This document shows, piece by piece, positions 36,677 through 49,800 of a DNA stretch of 64,000 bases (within the stretch, counting starts at the first letter, position 1; every line of letters starts with the position of its first letter). Origin of the DNA: Veleropilina oligotropha (Eukaryota). Location: contig JBEUKZ010000054.1 of assembly GCA_048128005.1 (NCBI GenBank), positions 1,302,001-1,366,000 on the forward strand, written 5' to 3'. The notes below the pieces were generated by a model that saw only the letters and a list, made by a program, of their open reading frames with translations, did no database searches and was not told the origin of the DNA. Made by a program: the position numbers and the translations under genes.

Positions 36677-39419
36677 ACAATTGTCAAAAGTGGTCTTAAT
36701 TTAAAAACAATGTTGCTAATCATCCTTATTTACTTTGGATTAAAATACTTTTAAACTAAACTAACATAATATTCAGCATAAAGTTGTTAAGTAACACTTT
36801 CATAATTTCAGAAAATAGACTATTATTTTGTTATCCGACTGAATGTTTTATATATTTAATATTCCAGATTGTGTGAGAACAGAATTTCCTGACAAAGATG
36901 CCACGAGCATAAGGATGTTTATGCGTGAAAAATTAGGGAATGTCATCAAAACATCCAAGAAATCTAGACACGGCACAGAGTAGAGTATGCTGAGTAGATA
37001 TGTACCTAATTTCTCTTCAGGTTGATATCATATTTTTCGAAAATTTGTTTCATATGTATATGTACCTAATTTCTCTTAATTATGGAAATAAAAAGGTTGA
37101 TATCGTATTTTTCGAATATTTGTTTCATAATTTGGTTACAATTATTGCAGTGGTGCTTTATTTAGCATAAAGTTAAGGGTGAAGTCAGTCAGATTATAGT
37201 ATGTGCCACTTGGATATTAGGTTGTTTGTCAGTTAAAATAATCTGATGGTGATTTTCTTCTGAACTATTCTGTAGATTAATTATTTTAGACAGGCATGAT
37301 TTTATAAATTCATATTCAAATATATTTAATTAGATAAAAATGAGTCATATCGGGCCATGTATGGATGGATTTTACTATTTATGCTAAATATCCTCTTTAC
37401 AATCTTTAGTTTCAAGGCAGGGCATGTCCATATTATCGTGGGAGACAAGCCTGGTGATATTCGCCCGGGCTCTCCGGCCAATTGATAACTGAATAAAGAA
37501 TGTTATTGCCCCAGCCGAAATTCAAACCCACTCCTGTTAGTTACCGTAATCGAACCAGTGATTTCAGAGTCGAAACTCTATAGATATACCCACGACTACC
37601 AGAGCACGGCTGTTGTTTGTCTATATATGTACATTTATCAGATATTTATTACTGGTCATTATTAGTGTTAACGATAAATTCAATGCAATATACTCATCTT
37701 ACCTTGCAATTTCCCCATTTGGTTAGGGTTAGGTTTACGGTTAGGGTTAGGTGCATATTTACCATGGTAAACGGAATTTGTGGTATACCATGGTGCATAT
37801 TTACCATGGTAAAAAGTTTGTGTGGTATACCATAATATGCATTTACCATGGTAAATGTATACCATGGTATAACATGCATTTACCATGGTATTTACCTCCG
37901 CCAAAACACCATGGTATTTACCATGATATTACATTTACCATGATATTTACCTCCGCCAAAACACCATGGTATTTACCATGATATTACATTTACCATGATA
38001 TTTACCTCCGCCAAACCACCATGGTATTTACCATGATATTACATTTACCATGGTATTTACCTCCGCCAAAACACCATGGTATTTATCATGATATTCCATT
38101 TACCATGGTATTTACCTCCGCCAAAACACCATGGTATGTATCATGATATTCCATTTACCATGGTATATACCTCCGCCAAAACACCATGGTATTTATCATG
38201 GTACTTTTTCATAAGGGTGTTTTCTTCAAAACTATCTGTATCGTTTCCAACGTTTATATTTCCATTCTTATAATTTTTTTGACTTTCCTGGTTAACCATG
38301 GTGGTGAATGTGTTTTGCGTCTACACTATAATGAAACATTTCTTTTCATTATTTCTTCGATGTTTTTTTGATAAACTTCCCAACATTCTTTGGCATTTAG
38401 AAATGTTTTAACAGTGGTTAACAGGATTTCCTTATCATTTTCTGTTATATATATGAATATGAATGCATTCATAATGATTACGAGTATATTACATGATTCA
38501 TGATTATAACCAAAGGTAGATCGAGTTTAGCTTGTATAACAGATTATTTACTACACTTTAAATGTAATCATATATATAGGCCTAAATGTAATAATGATCC
38601 GTTGTTTACAAACACATCCTGGATAAAGTAGGGCTTCCCACGCATGTGGTTTCTCTACCTGCATAATTCTACATCGAATTATCCTACCTGAATATGACTG
38701 AAATAATGTCGGTGTGGTTGTTAAATTCAAATTCAAATCTCTACCTGCAATACACCCTTTAGACTTAGACACTACCTATTGAATTATGCATGAGTCACAC
38801 CATCTATACGCTGCTAATATATGCTTCCCGAGTCGGTGACCTATTAAATAGCAATACATGTACCAATTTATTAGACGACAACACATTGTCGAGGAGATGC
38901 AGGTAATGTCACTTATAGTAACCATGCACATATTTCCATTTATTTTGTGCGTAGCGTGTCTTAATAGATGATGATATTTAATTTATTTAATATCAATTGT
39001 GCCGCTGAAGTGCTGTTTTAAATGGTGTTTATTGAAGTGTAACTTGTTTATATATAAAAATATGGGCTACCTGTGCAACAATTACTGTATGTCTATTTAT
39101 AATTGTATACAATAGTGTATTGTAGTCTGAGATAGATGTACTAGGTTAACATATCGTGTTCTGTGAAAATTCAAAAGTGAATGTTCCTGTGATCGATTTG
39201 TGTCGTTAGATGATACTGGTTATAAAAAATCTATTTCCATCAATGAAAAGAATCACAATGAACGTTGCCAGATATTATATGTTGTATTATATATGTGGTA
39301 TTATATGTGGTATAACTTTATCTGCAGGGTACACTGAAGTGTCATGCATCAGCGATTCATGGTATAGAATGCAATAAAACTGGCAATTGAGGGCACGTTG
39401 AAAGGCCATCCGTGTATTT

Positions 39420-40811
39420 ATATTGTTGCTATTAACTATAAAAAATTCTGCATGGGCAGAGTGTAACAACATATTTCCACCTGAACAACACGGGTTTAGG
39501 AGAGCTAAGTCAACTGAGACAGCCATAGGTGAACTCTTTACTTGGGCACAAGAGACGCTATCTGAACCTCGTTCGCCCTTATATGTTACATACGTTGATT
39601 TCTCTAAAGCGTTCGATTCAATTGATATAACATTGCTTTTTCAAAAACTAAGCACTCATTTTATACATGTACTTTGGTCAATAATAGAGAGAAATTATGT
39701 ACATATTATTGGAGGTGACAATATTAGCGAAGAGATCACACAGAGTGTAGGCCTATTACAAGTGAAGGAGAGTGCTTATCATCTCACCTATTTTCACTTT
39801 TTGTATCAGACTTACCATTATGCTTAAAATGTTCAAACATTGTGGAAGTATTAATGTATGCTGATGATCTCGCAATTGTGGCACACGATATTGAAACTAT
39901 GCAGAGAGTCCTTGATTCGCTAGAACAATACTGCATAACTAACCGTTTGCAAGTTAATATTAAAAAGACAAAAGCCATGAAATTTCGGAGGGGCGGTAGA
40001 TTAGCCAAAAAAGATCAACTCACTTATAATGGAAATCCCATTGAGTTTGTATCACGTTTCGTGTATCTTGGAGTAACTTTCCAAACAACTGGCGGTGTGT
40101 CAGGACACCTGGAGAGTCTCCAAACCAAAGGCATCGCCTCATGTGCAAAACTGGCAAGCCGCTTTCCCCTCACCAAAATGTCAATTAACACACTGGGTCG
40201 ACTGTTTCACTCTATGATCTGGCCCTCTGCAACGTATGGGTTAAGAGCGCTGAGCCCAGCACTGACTGAAAACACGTTCGATTATCCAACGGTGGTGCAA
40301 GCGAGGGCGCTTAAAATGTGGTTTGGATTAAGCAAATATCATTCATCCTCTAATCTTCCTGAGGCAGTTAATTGGACACCCGTGTCGAATCTTGCAAATA
40401 GTGTATTTCTTAATGTAGCAGTCCCCATCGACACGTTTATGCCAATGAATGATTCTATCTACCGCCTAAACGGCGAGTTTCGTAAAGCTGTCGGAAGATG
40501 GCATGGCAATAAACTACATGAGCTCTGGTGCTCAAAGTCGTTTTGTTTCAAGGCGCAATTAAACTGCGTATGCAGACTTTGCGGTTTTAAAAATGTCGCC
40601 GCGGGTCATCTTTCCCAATGCTCTTGGTTCGCTGGAAGTGAATGGGATCCAGATAATCTATCTGCTAAAGAAATTGTCACCATTGTTAAACTATTAGAAC
40701 GATAACGTAAAATTTGTATTTTTAGTCGTTGTTAATTGTTACACCGTACAATATATATTATATATTTTGTACTTGTATTCACTTGAATGAATAAACTGTT
40801 TTCATCATCAT
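39420..40811 (+). mobile_element. 5'-truncated non-LTR retrotransposon (RT plus C-terminal Cys/His motif), frameshifted
   Basis: QHGFR, VDFSKAFDSI, LMYADD, YLGV, CRLC...HLSQC; AATAAA followed by a (TCA)n tail. Confidence 0.85.
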
Positions 40812-41345
40812 TAACTATACAAGGCAATGTAAGCTATATAATGTTTCTGTTGAATTGAATTGTCCAAGCAGTTACCTTCGCAAGTTTTTCAAGCATAGTT
40901 TTACTGTAATTCAAAACTGCATGTCCCATATACTTATATTATTAGGCTTGTGTTGAATCAACAACACGTTTATTTTATACTAAACTAGAACTCACTCCGA
41001 TATCGCACACCTCCGCCATGGCTGAGCTGACATTAATTCCGGGTCATCACCAACATCTAATTGATGAGTTCTTAGTTAAATGTCAATCTGCTCATAAAAT
41101 TTCATCAAAATCTGTCAATAAATATTGGAGTATTCCTACTGATAAACAAATAATTAAGGTTGCCAGAAACATTAATAAAGTCCTATGCAACGATAAACAA
41201 CTAGGCTAGTTCTAATGTTCTTCTTAGTACATACTAATAAATTGTGGTGTGGTCTTTATTTCATTATATGGCTATTAGGTGCTAGAATGTCTGGTTCTAT
41301 TTGACTATGATCAACAAAGTGACGCCGTTTCGTAGAGCATTTATG

Positions 41346-44300
41346 GGCCGCTTCGACAGCCGTGTGGTTTCGGTTGTGAACTCCGAAAATTCACTGGTTT
41401 GATTCCGCTGACGCGAACAGTAGTGGGTTCGAACCTCGGCAGGGGCATCACACATTTGTTCAAGGTATGAATCACAGTTGTCCGTAACTGGTCGGAGAGG
41501 GCGGGTTTCCCCGGGTGACCGGGCTTTCCTCGTGCTTTGAACCAAATGATGGTGGAATATATACAGGACATTAAGCATGGTGGTGGGATATATACAGGAC
41601 ATTAAGCATGGGGGTGGGATATATACAGGATATTAAGCATGGTGGTGGGATATATACAGGACATTAAGCATGGTGGTGGGATATATACAGGACATTAAGC
41701 ATGATGGTGGGATATATACAGGATATTAAGCATGATGGTGGGATATATACAGGACATTACGCATGATGGTGGGATATATACAGGACATTAAGCATGATGG
41801 TGGGATATATACAGGATATTAAGCATGATGGTGGGATACATACAGGACATTAAGCATGGTGGGTGGGATATATACAGGACATTAAGCATGATGGTGGGAT
41901 ATATACAGGATATTAAGCATGATGGTGAGATATATACAGGACACTAAGCATGATGGTGGGATATATACAGGACATTAAGCATGGTGGTGGGATATACAGG
42001 ACATTAAGCATGATGGTGGGATATATACAGGATATTAAGCATGATGGTGGGATACATACAGGAGATTAAGCATGGTGGTGGGATATATACAGGATATTAA
42101 GCATGATGGTGGGATATATACAGGACATAAAGCATGGTGGTGGGATATATACAGGATATTAAGCATGATGGTGGGATATATACAGGACATTAAGCATGGT
42201 GGTGGGATATATACAAGACATTAAGCATGGTGGTGGGATATATACAGGACATTAAGCATGGTGGTGGGATATATACAGGACATTAAGCATGATGGTGGGA
42301 TATATACAGGACATTAAGCATGGTGGTGGGATATATACAGGACATTAAGCATGATGGTGGGATACATACAGGATATTAAGCATGGTGGAGGGATATATAC
42401 AGGACATTAAGCATGATGGTGGGATATATACAGGACATTTAGCATGATGGTGGGATATATACAGGACATTAAGCATGATGGTGGGATATATACAGGACAT
42501 TAAGCATGGTGGTGGGATATATACAGGACATTAAGCATGATGGTGGGATACATACAGGATATTAAGCATGATGGTGGGATATATACAGGACATAAAGCAT
42601 GGTGGTGGGATATATACAGGACATTAAGCATGATGGTGGGATACATACAGGACATTAAGCATGATGGTGGGATATATACAGGACATAAAGCATGTTGGTG
42701 GGATATATACAGGACATAAAGCATGTTGGTGGGATATATACAGGATATTAAGCATGATGGTGGGATACATTCAGGGCATAAAGCATGTTGGTGGGATATA
42801 TACAGGACATAAAGCATGTTGGTGGGATATATACAGGATATTAAGCATGATGGTGGGATATATACAGGACATTAAGCATGATGGTGGGATATATACAGGA
42901 TATTAAGCATGATGGTGGGATATATACAGGACATAAAGCATGTTGGTGGGATATATACAGGATATTAAGCATGATGGTGGGATATATACAGGACATAAAG
43001 CATGTTGGTGGGATATATACAGGATATTAAGCATGATGGTGGGATACATACAGGATATTAAGCATGTTGGTGGGATATATACAGGATATTAAGCATGATG
43101 GTGGGATACATACAGGATATTAAGCATGATGGTGGGATATATACAGGACATTAATCATGATGGTGTGATATATACAGGACATTAAGCATGATGGTGGGAT
43201 ATATACAGGACATTAAGCATGGTGGTGGGATATATACAGGATATTAAGCAAGGTGGTGGGATATACACAGGACATTAAGCATGATGGTGGGATATATACA
43301 GGACATTAAGCATGATGGTGGGATATATACAGGACATTAAGCATGGTGGTGGGATATATACAGGATATTAAGCATGGTGGTGGGATATATACAGGACATT
43401 AAGCATGATGGTGGGATATATACAGGATATTAAGCATGATGGTGGGATATATACAGGACATAAAGCATGTTGGTGGGATATATACAGGATATTAAGCATG
43501 ATGGTGGGATACATACAGGATATTAAGCATGATGGTGGGATATATACAGGACATTAATCATGATGGTGGGATATATACAGGACATTAAGCATCGTGGTGG
43601 GATATATACAGGACATTAAGCATGATGGTGGGATATATACAGGACATAAAGCATGGTGGTGTGATATATACAGGACATAAAACATGGTGGTGGGATATAT
43701 ACAGGACATTAAGCATGGTGGTGGGATATATACAGGACATAAAGCATGGTGGTGGGATATATACAGGATATTAAGCATGGTGGTGGGATATATACAGGAC
43801 ATTAAGCATGATGGTGGGATATATACAGGACATTAAGCATGGTGGTGGGATATATACAGGACATTAAGCATGATGGTGGGATATATACAGGATATTAAGC
43901 ATGGTGGTGGGATATATACAGGATATTAAGCATGATGGTGGGATATATACAGGATATTAAGCATGATGGTGGGATATATACAGGATATTTAGCATGATGG
44001 TGGGATATATACAGGACATTAAGCATGATGGTGGGATATATACAGGATATTAAGCATGGTGGTGGGATATATACAGGACATTAAGCATGATGGTGGGATA
44101 TATACAAGATATTAAGCATGATGGTGGGGTATATACATGATATTAAGCAAGGTGGTGGGATATACACAGGACATTAAGCATGATGGTGGGATATATACAG
44201 GACATAAAGCATGATGGTGGGATATATGCAGGACATTAAGCATGGTGGTGGGATATATACAGGACATTAAGCATGGTGGTGGGATATATACAGGACATAA

Positions 44301-45220
44301 AGCATGGTGGTGGGATATATACAGGATATTAAGCATGATGGTGGGATATATACAGGATATTAAGCATGATGGTGGGATATATACAGGACATTAAGCATGA
44401 TGGTGGGATATATACAGGACATTTAGCATGATGGTGGGATATATACAGGACATTAAGCATGATGGTGGGATATATACAGGATATTAAGCATGGTGGTGGG
44501 ATATATACAGGACATTAAGCATGATGGTGGGATATATACATGATATTAAGCATGATGGTGGGGTATATACATGATATTAAGCAAGGTGGTGGGATATACA
44601 CAGGACATTAAGCATGATGGTGGGATATATACAGGACATAAAGCATGATGGTGGGATATATGCAGGACATTAAGCATGATGGTGGGATATATACAGGATA
44701 TTAAGCATGATGGTGGGATATATACAGGATATTAAGCATGGTGGTGGGATATATACAGGATATTAAGCATGGTGGTGGGATATATACAGGATATTAAGCA
44801 TGATGGTGGGATATATACAGGATATTAAGCATGGTGGTGGGATATATACAGGATATTAAGCATGATGGTGTGATATATACAGGACATTAAGCATGATGGT
44901 GGGATATATACAGGACATTAAGCATGATGGTGGGATATATACAGGACATTAAGCATGATGGTGGGATATATACAGGACATTAAGCATGATGGTGGGATAT
45001 ATACAGGATATTAAGAATGGTGGTGGGATATATACAGGATATTAAGAATGGTGGTGGGATATATACAGGATATTAAGAATGGTGGTGGGATATATACAGG
45101 ATATTAAGAATGGTGGTGGGATATATACAGGATATTAAGCATGATGGTGGGATATATACAGGATATTAAGCATGGTGGTGGGATATATACAGGATATTAA
45201 GCATCGATCCTTTCCTTCCA
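41346..45220 (+). mobile_element. SINE A subfamily copy whose 3' tail is expanded into a 3.65-kb satellite
   Basis: SINE head and body at 41346-41545; terminal CGATCCTTTCCTTCC at ~45205-45219. Confidence 0.85.
41546..45204. repeat. 31-bp minisatellite, ~118 copies
   Basis: GATGGTGGGATATATACAGGACATTAAGCAT. Confidence 0.97.
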
Positions 45221-45450
45221 TAAGTTCTAAATCATATTGGCCAGAATGCAGTTAGTTAGATAAATTTGATAATGCATATATTAGAATTTGGTGTTCATGA
45301 ATAGTGAATAAATTGATTGATATTCCAGATATGGATTGAGACTTTAATTATGAAACACAAATATTAATGCAAGCTACATATAATCATTTCTGTTTATTAG
45401 GTTAGTTTATAAGAAACTCAATTTCAAATTCACCGTTCTCATTAACAGTA

Positions 45451-45677
45451 AGAGTGTCCACTCTAAATTCACTGACTTGATTCCGCTAATGCGAACAGTA
45501 GTGGGTTCAATACTTGGCTGAGGCATTGACATTTGTTGAAGTTATGAATCACAGTTGTCCTAGACTGGCCGAAGAGGGCGGGCGACCGGGGTTTCCTCCC
45601 GCGATAACACGGACATGTCCTGCCTTAAACCACGATGTTGTAAATATACAGGATATTAAGCATCATTCCTTCTCCTC
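45451..45677 (+). mobile_element. SINE family A, slightly 5'-truncated
   Basis: 11-bp TSD CATTAACAGTA. Confidence 0.85.
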
Positions 45678-46075
45678 CATTAACAGTAGTTGGTTCGACT
45701 CCTTGGATGGACACTTCGTTTAATAGTCACAGCTGGCCGTTGTGGGAAAATTTGATTGAGGTTTACCACTGCGACTAGACAAACATTTCCTAATCTGATG
45801 CTAATATGAAGAGTGTTAACACTTAGACTGCTAGGCACATCAACAGTCGCTCCTGGTCATGACTTTGTGGCGCCTCGATGCTAGATGCGACTGTCGTTTT
45901 GTATGACTAATGTTAACTCAGAAAAATCAAAGTCGACTCCATGGGATATGTCGACCAGCATTCATATATTCACGTTTCTTAATATGTTTTGTAAATGCCT
46001 ACTATTTAACTTTAAGTTAGCAATACGTATCATTTAGTATGATCATCTATATAATATAGCAGTCTAAGGTTTATT

Positions 46076-46534
46076 ACAAGAACGACGCGTTCGGAATATG
46101 GCTTGACCTTTCTTTATTTCCGTCAAATATTCATAACAGTTATAACGTTACAATGGCTATATAAGTGCAAGCTTTCATGGCTTAATTTACTACCCCGTCG
46201 ATTGTGATGTCGCCAAATGACGATTAATCTAAAGCGACGTCGTAATGACGTCATTGCTCTTTGCTTGCAATATTAGACATACGCTATATACAAATATGCA
46301 TAAAAGTGCCTAATAAATGCATATTTTTGCAAAATTATGTCGCGAAAGTTACATACACGACCTACAAATAATCTTGGGAATGTGTGTACCAATTTTCAGG
46401 ATAATTGGTTCAGTAGTTTTCGACAAATCAGCGGATATATATATATATATAAGTATATAAGTATATATGTATATACACACGGACCATTTGATAATGTCTT
46501 GTCCTTTTTTGTCAAAAAGGTCAAGACATAAAAA
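46076..46534 (-). mobile_element. DINE-1/HINE-type element, second copy
   Basis: Highly similar to 14871-15332. Confidence 0.8.
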
Positions 46535-46635
46535 CGACATGTTCGGAATATGTCTTGACCTTTTCATTATTGTGGTTATTTTCAGAACAATAAGAATTCT
46601 ATCTTTGTTGCTGCTGCTATGCAGAATCTTTAAGA

Positions 46636-46776
46636 GAAGCCCGGCGATCCATTGACTGAAATCGAAACTCCATCGACAGGCGAAGCCCGGCGATCCATTG
46701 ACAGATATCGAAACTCCACCGACAGACGAAGCCCGGCGATCCATTGACTGATATCGAAACTCCATCGACAGGCGAA
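46636..46776. repeat. 46-bp repeat x3
   Basis: GAAGCCCGGCGATCCATTGACTGATATCGAAACTCCATCGACAGGC. Confidence 0.9.
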
Positions 46777-46824
46777 ACGCGACGAAAATCTTCTCAACCT
46801 ACTATTAATATTTAATCTCAAAAA

Positions 46825-46844
46825 ATGGAAACCGAAATGAGCCG
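46825..46844 (+). CDS. Putative first coding segment of gene B (METEMSR)
   Basis: aaaaATGG start context, CG|gtaaga phase-2 donor that fits the next exon; no homology support. Confidence 0.4.
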
Positions 46845-49800
46845 GTAAGATTGTGGTCTGGAGGAAAGGTTAATGAGCACATGTAGTTGTCCATATCACA
46901 TGCAGATGTCCATATCCTGTAGTTGTCCATATCACATGCAGTTGTCCATATCACATGCAGGTGTCCATATCCTGTAGTTGTCCATATCACATGCAGTTGT
47001 CCATATCACATGCAGGTGTCCATATCATGTAGTTGTCCATATCACATGCAGTTGTCCATATCACATACAGGTGTCCATATCCTGTAGTTGTCCATATCAC
47101 ATGCAGTTGCATGTCCATATCACATGCAGTTGTCCATATCCTGCCATGTCTGATTACTGTGAATGGATAAATGCATGCAGAAACCTGTAACAGCAGTGTA
47201 GTATTTTAGTAATTATTTGTCAGAAAATGTGAACTCTAGTTATTTTTTTATCAGTGTATTGTTCATGACGAATTGCGACATTTCCAGAGTTTCTTATAAC
47301 GTAGGCCTATAGTTTTCCTTGTGAGTGAAATTAAAGAAATATTTCGCTATCTCATCACTTGTACTACAGAATATATCTGTGGTAATTCATTTCTATTATT
47401 GAACCAAAATTAAATTAATGATGGTTGGAAATATACAGGACATTAAGCATCGATCCTTTCCTTTCATTTCTATTATAACCGATATCTCTGGTATGAATAA
47501 TAAAGAACATGCTAGTGTATAATGAGCAGAGTAGAACGTTGTCTTTCAGAACACACAGACAGTTTCCCCGTCATGTAGGGAATAATTGATTTTCCCCAAT
47601 CTGAAAAAAATGGCCGCATGGGTTCAAGAGGGGAAAAGTATACATTTAATACTTCAATTGCAAAAAGTTGGTTTTTAATGGGGTGTTCAACCCCCCCCCC
47701 CCCCCCCCCCCCCTGAAGGCAGCCCTGCCAGTATGCTTATCCTTAGATCGGTTAATGCTTCTGTCGCATGACCAGTTGAAGGATCGAGTTAACGTTTGAA
47801 TGTTATTGATGGCGGTGGTGTTATTCTCGCTTGAGCTCTATTCGATTACCTGCTGTTCTTGTCTGTGGTGAGTGGGTTATAAGTTTTTGATATAGGATTT
47901 CAAAATTTTCTTTCATCTGAATGTCCAAAAGGCAACCATTCTAAGTCATGTGAACAAATAAAATCAACCCCAAAATCTGTCTATTTTACAATATGACTTT
48001 GGATGATCATTTATATGCGTTCTTCCGATGGAGGGGTTTCCCCGTGCCATGCTTGATATCTTTGTTTGTTTCGTCTTCATCTTGCTCAGGTCAACATCCC
48101 ATTTCTAATAGTTCTTTGCTGGTCTTTTGTTACTCGCATTGCTAGATAAATTACACTAAGATCCCCCACATGGATTTGAATAATATCATTTGGATAAGCC
48201 GTTCGTGTCAGTGTTTGTCATGGATAATTGTGTGCTTCTCATGGACGGAAAGCCTGAAATAAGAATATTGTACCTCAAACCTGGAGTTGTATCTATATGT
48301 GGACTTATTCCATGGTTTGTTCCAAAATGTGTTGCTATATTTACTGTTAAATTACATTTATTTTACCATTAAATAAATATTAAAATATATTTCCAGCACA
48401 AAAGCAGAGGGTAAATCTGAGGTGAACGGAAGCATCATTGATAACAAGCAAGACACAACGATGACGGCTGTTGGATCTAACGGTAAGGCGTGAAACCGAA
48501 CGCACTTAGTGTGTGATACGCCATGCGCATCATCAAATATTACAAAGATTTATAGCTAAACAGGTACATTTGTATAGAGAAATGACATATGCCAATGGTT
48601 TAGCATCATGTACAGTTGCATTTCATGTACTTCACTGGTTATTTAACTTCTTTTGATGAGTGGCGTACTCTGTGAGTATAAGCTTGATGAGTGGCGTACT
48701 CTGTGAGTATAAGCTTGATGAGTGGCGTACTCTGTGAGTATAAGCTTGATGAGCAGCGTACTCTGTGAGTATAAGCTTGATGAGTGGCATACTCTGTGAG
48801 TATAAGCTTGATGAGTGGCGTACTCTGTGAGTATAAGCTTGATGTGTGGCGTATTCTGTGAGTATAAGCTTGATGAGTGGCGTACTCTGTGATTATAAGC
48901 TTGACGAGTGGCGTACTCTGTGAGTATAATCTTGATGAGTGGCGTACTCTGTGAGTATAAGCTTGATGTGTGGCGTATTCTGTGAGTATAAGCTTGATGA
49001 GTGGCGTACTCTGTGATTATAAGCTTGATGAGTGGCGTACTCTGTAAGTATAAGCTTGATGAGTGGCGTACTCTGTGAGTATAAGATTGATGAGTGGCAT
49101 ACTCTGTGAGTATAAGCGTGATGAGTGGCGTACTCTGTGAGTATAAGGGAAAACTAATAGATTGAATTGCTTATTAACCCATTGCTCATTTCTTCACACG
49201 GAGAAATTAAAGTTAAATACCAGGAATTGGATTATACACGACTGACAAATTACTAAATATGGCTGCAACAGTGGTCATTCCCTTAGCTATTCCTTTTGAT
49301 TTGGTGGGCATTCATTCATTTTCGACGTATATGCATGTTGCAATTGGACCGGTAGTCGTCAAATTTACAGAGTGCTCTATAGATTCTCTTAGACCAATAG
49401 GCACAAAGTGTAGGTGTGTTCAGTTCCAGTGTATCCAAACCTCGGCTGTGCACTTTGTTTCAGTTAACAGACACAGTTGTCTATATCTGGCCTGTGCGGT
49501 GGGTTTCCCAGGCCCCCGGCGTTCCTCCATGATAAAATGCGAGATTAAACATCGCTCCAAACCAAACAAAAAAGGTGATAACCTTGCCTGCTTACTCATA
49601 CATCGGATTCCATTGATCAACACTAACTTCTGCCTGGTCATTGTGTTACTTTCAGATCCAGCAAAACTGGCCGACGCCAGCGACTTCGTATGCACAAAGC
49701 GAGATGGCGCCGTGAAGCTCCGTCTCGGCGATACGGAGTACGAGGGCCGCACCCCAGAAACCATCCACACTATGATGATGACAACAGTGAGGAAGGTCCC

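Larger units (their letters stand above)
32858..38217. mobile_element. EnSpm/CMC-like DNA transposon, 5.36 kb, 2-bp TSD (TG)
   Basis: TIR CCCTTATGAAAAAGT / ACTTTTTCATAAGGG; subterminal TACCATG arrays (32875-33290, 37755-38200); CR1 host continues on both sides; internal coding-like remnants. Confidence 0.75.
30204..38402 (-). mobile_element. Decayed CR1-type LINE fragmented by later insertions (pieces ~30204-31084, 31160-31590, 32439-32857, 38218-38402)
   Basis: Reverse complement aligns to the copies at 58119 and 61969 (3' tail, RT fragments such as NYRPVSLTS and VRPHLQYA); frameshifted. Confidence 0.9.

Noticed and set aside
37720..37752. Telomere or interstitial telomeric array
   Set aside because: Only a few imperfect TTAGGG units, located in a transposon subterminal region.
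42500..44336. Short Cys/His-rich ORFs
   Set aside because: Translations of the 31-bp satellite.
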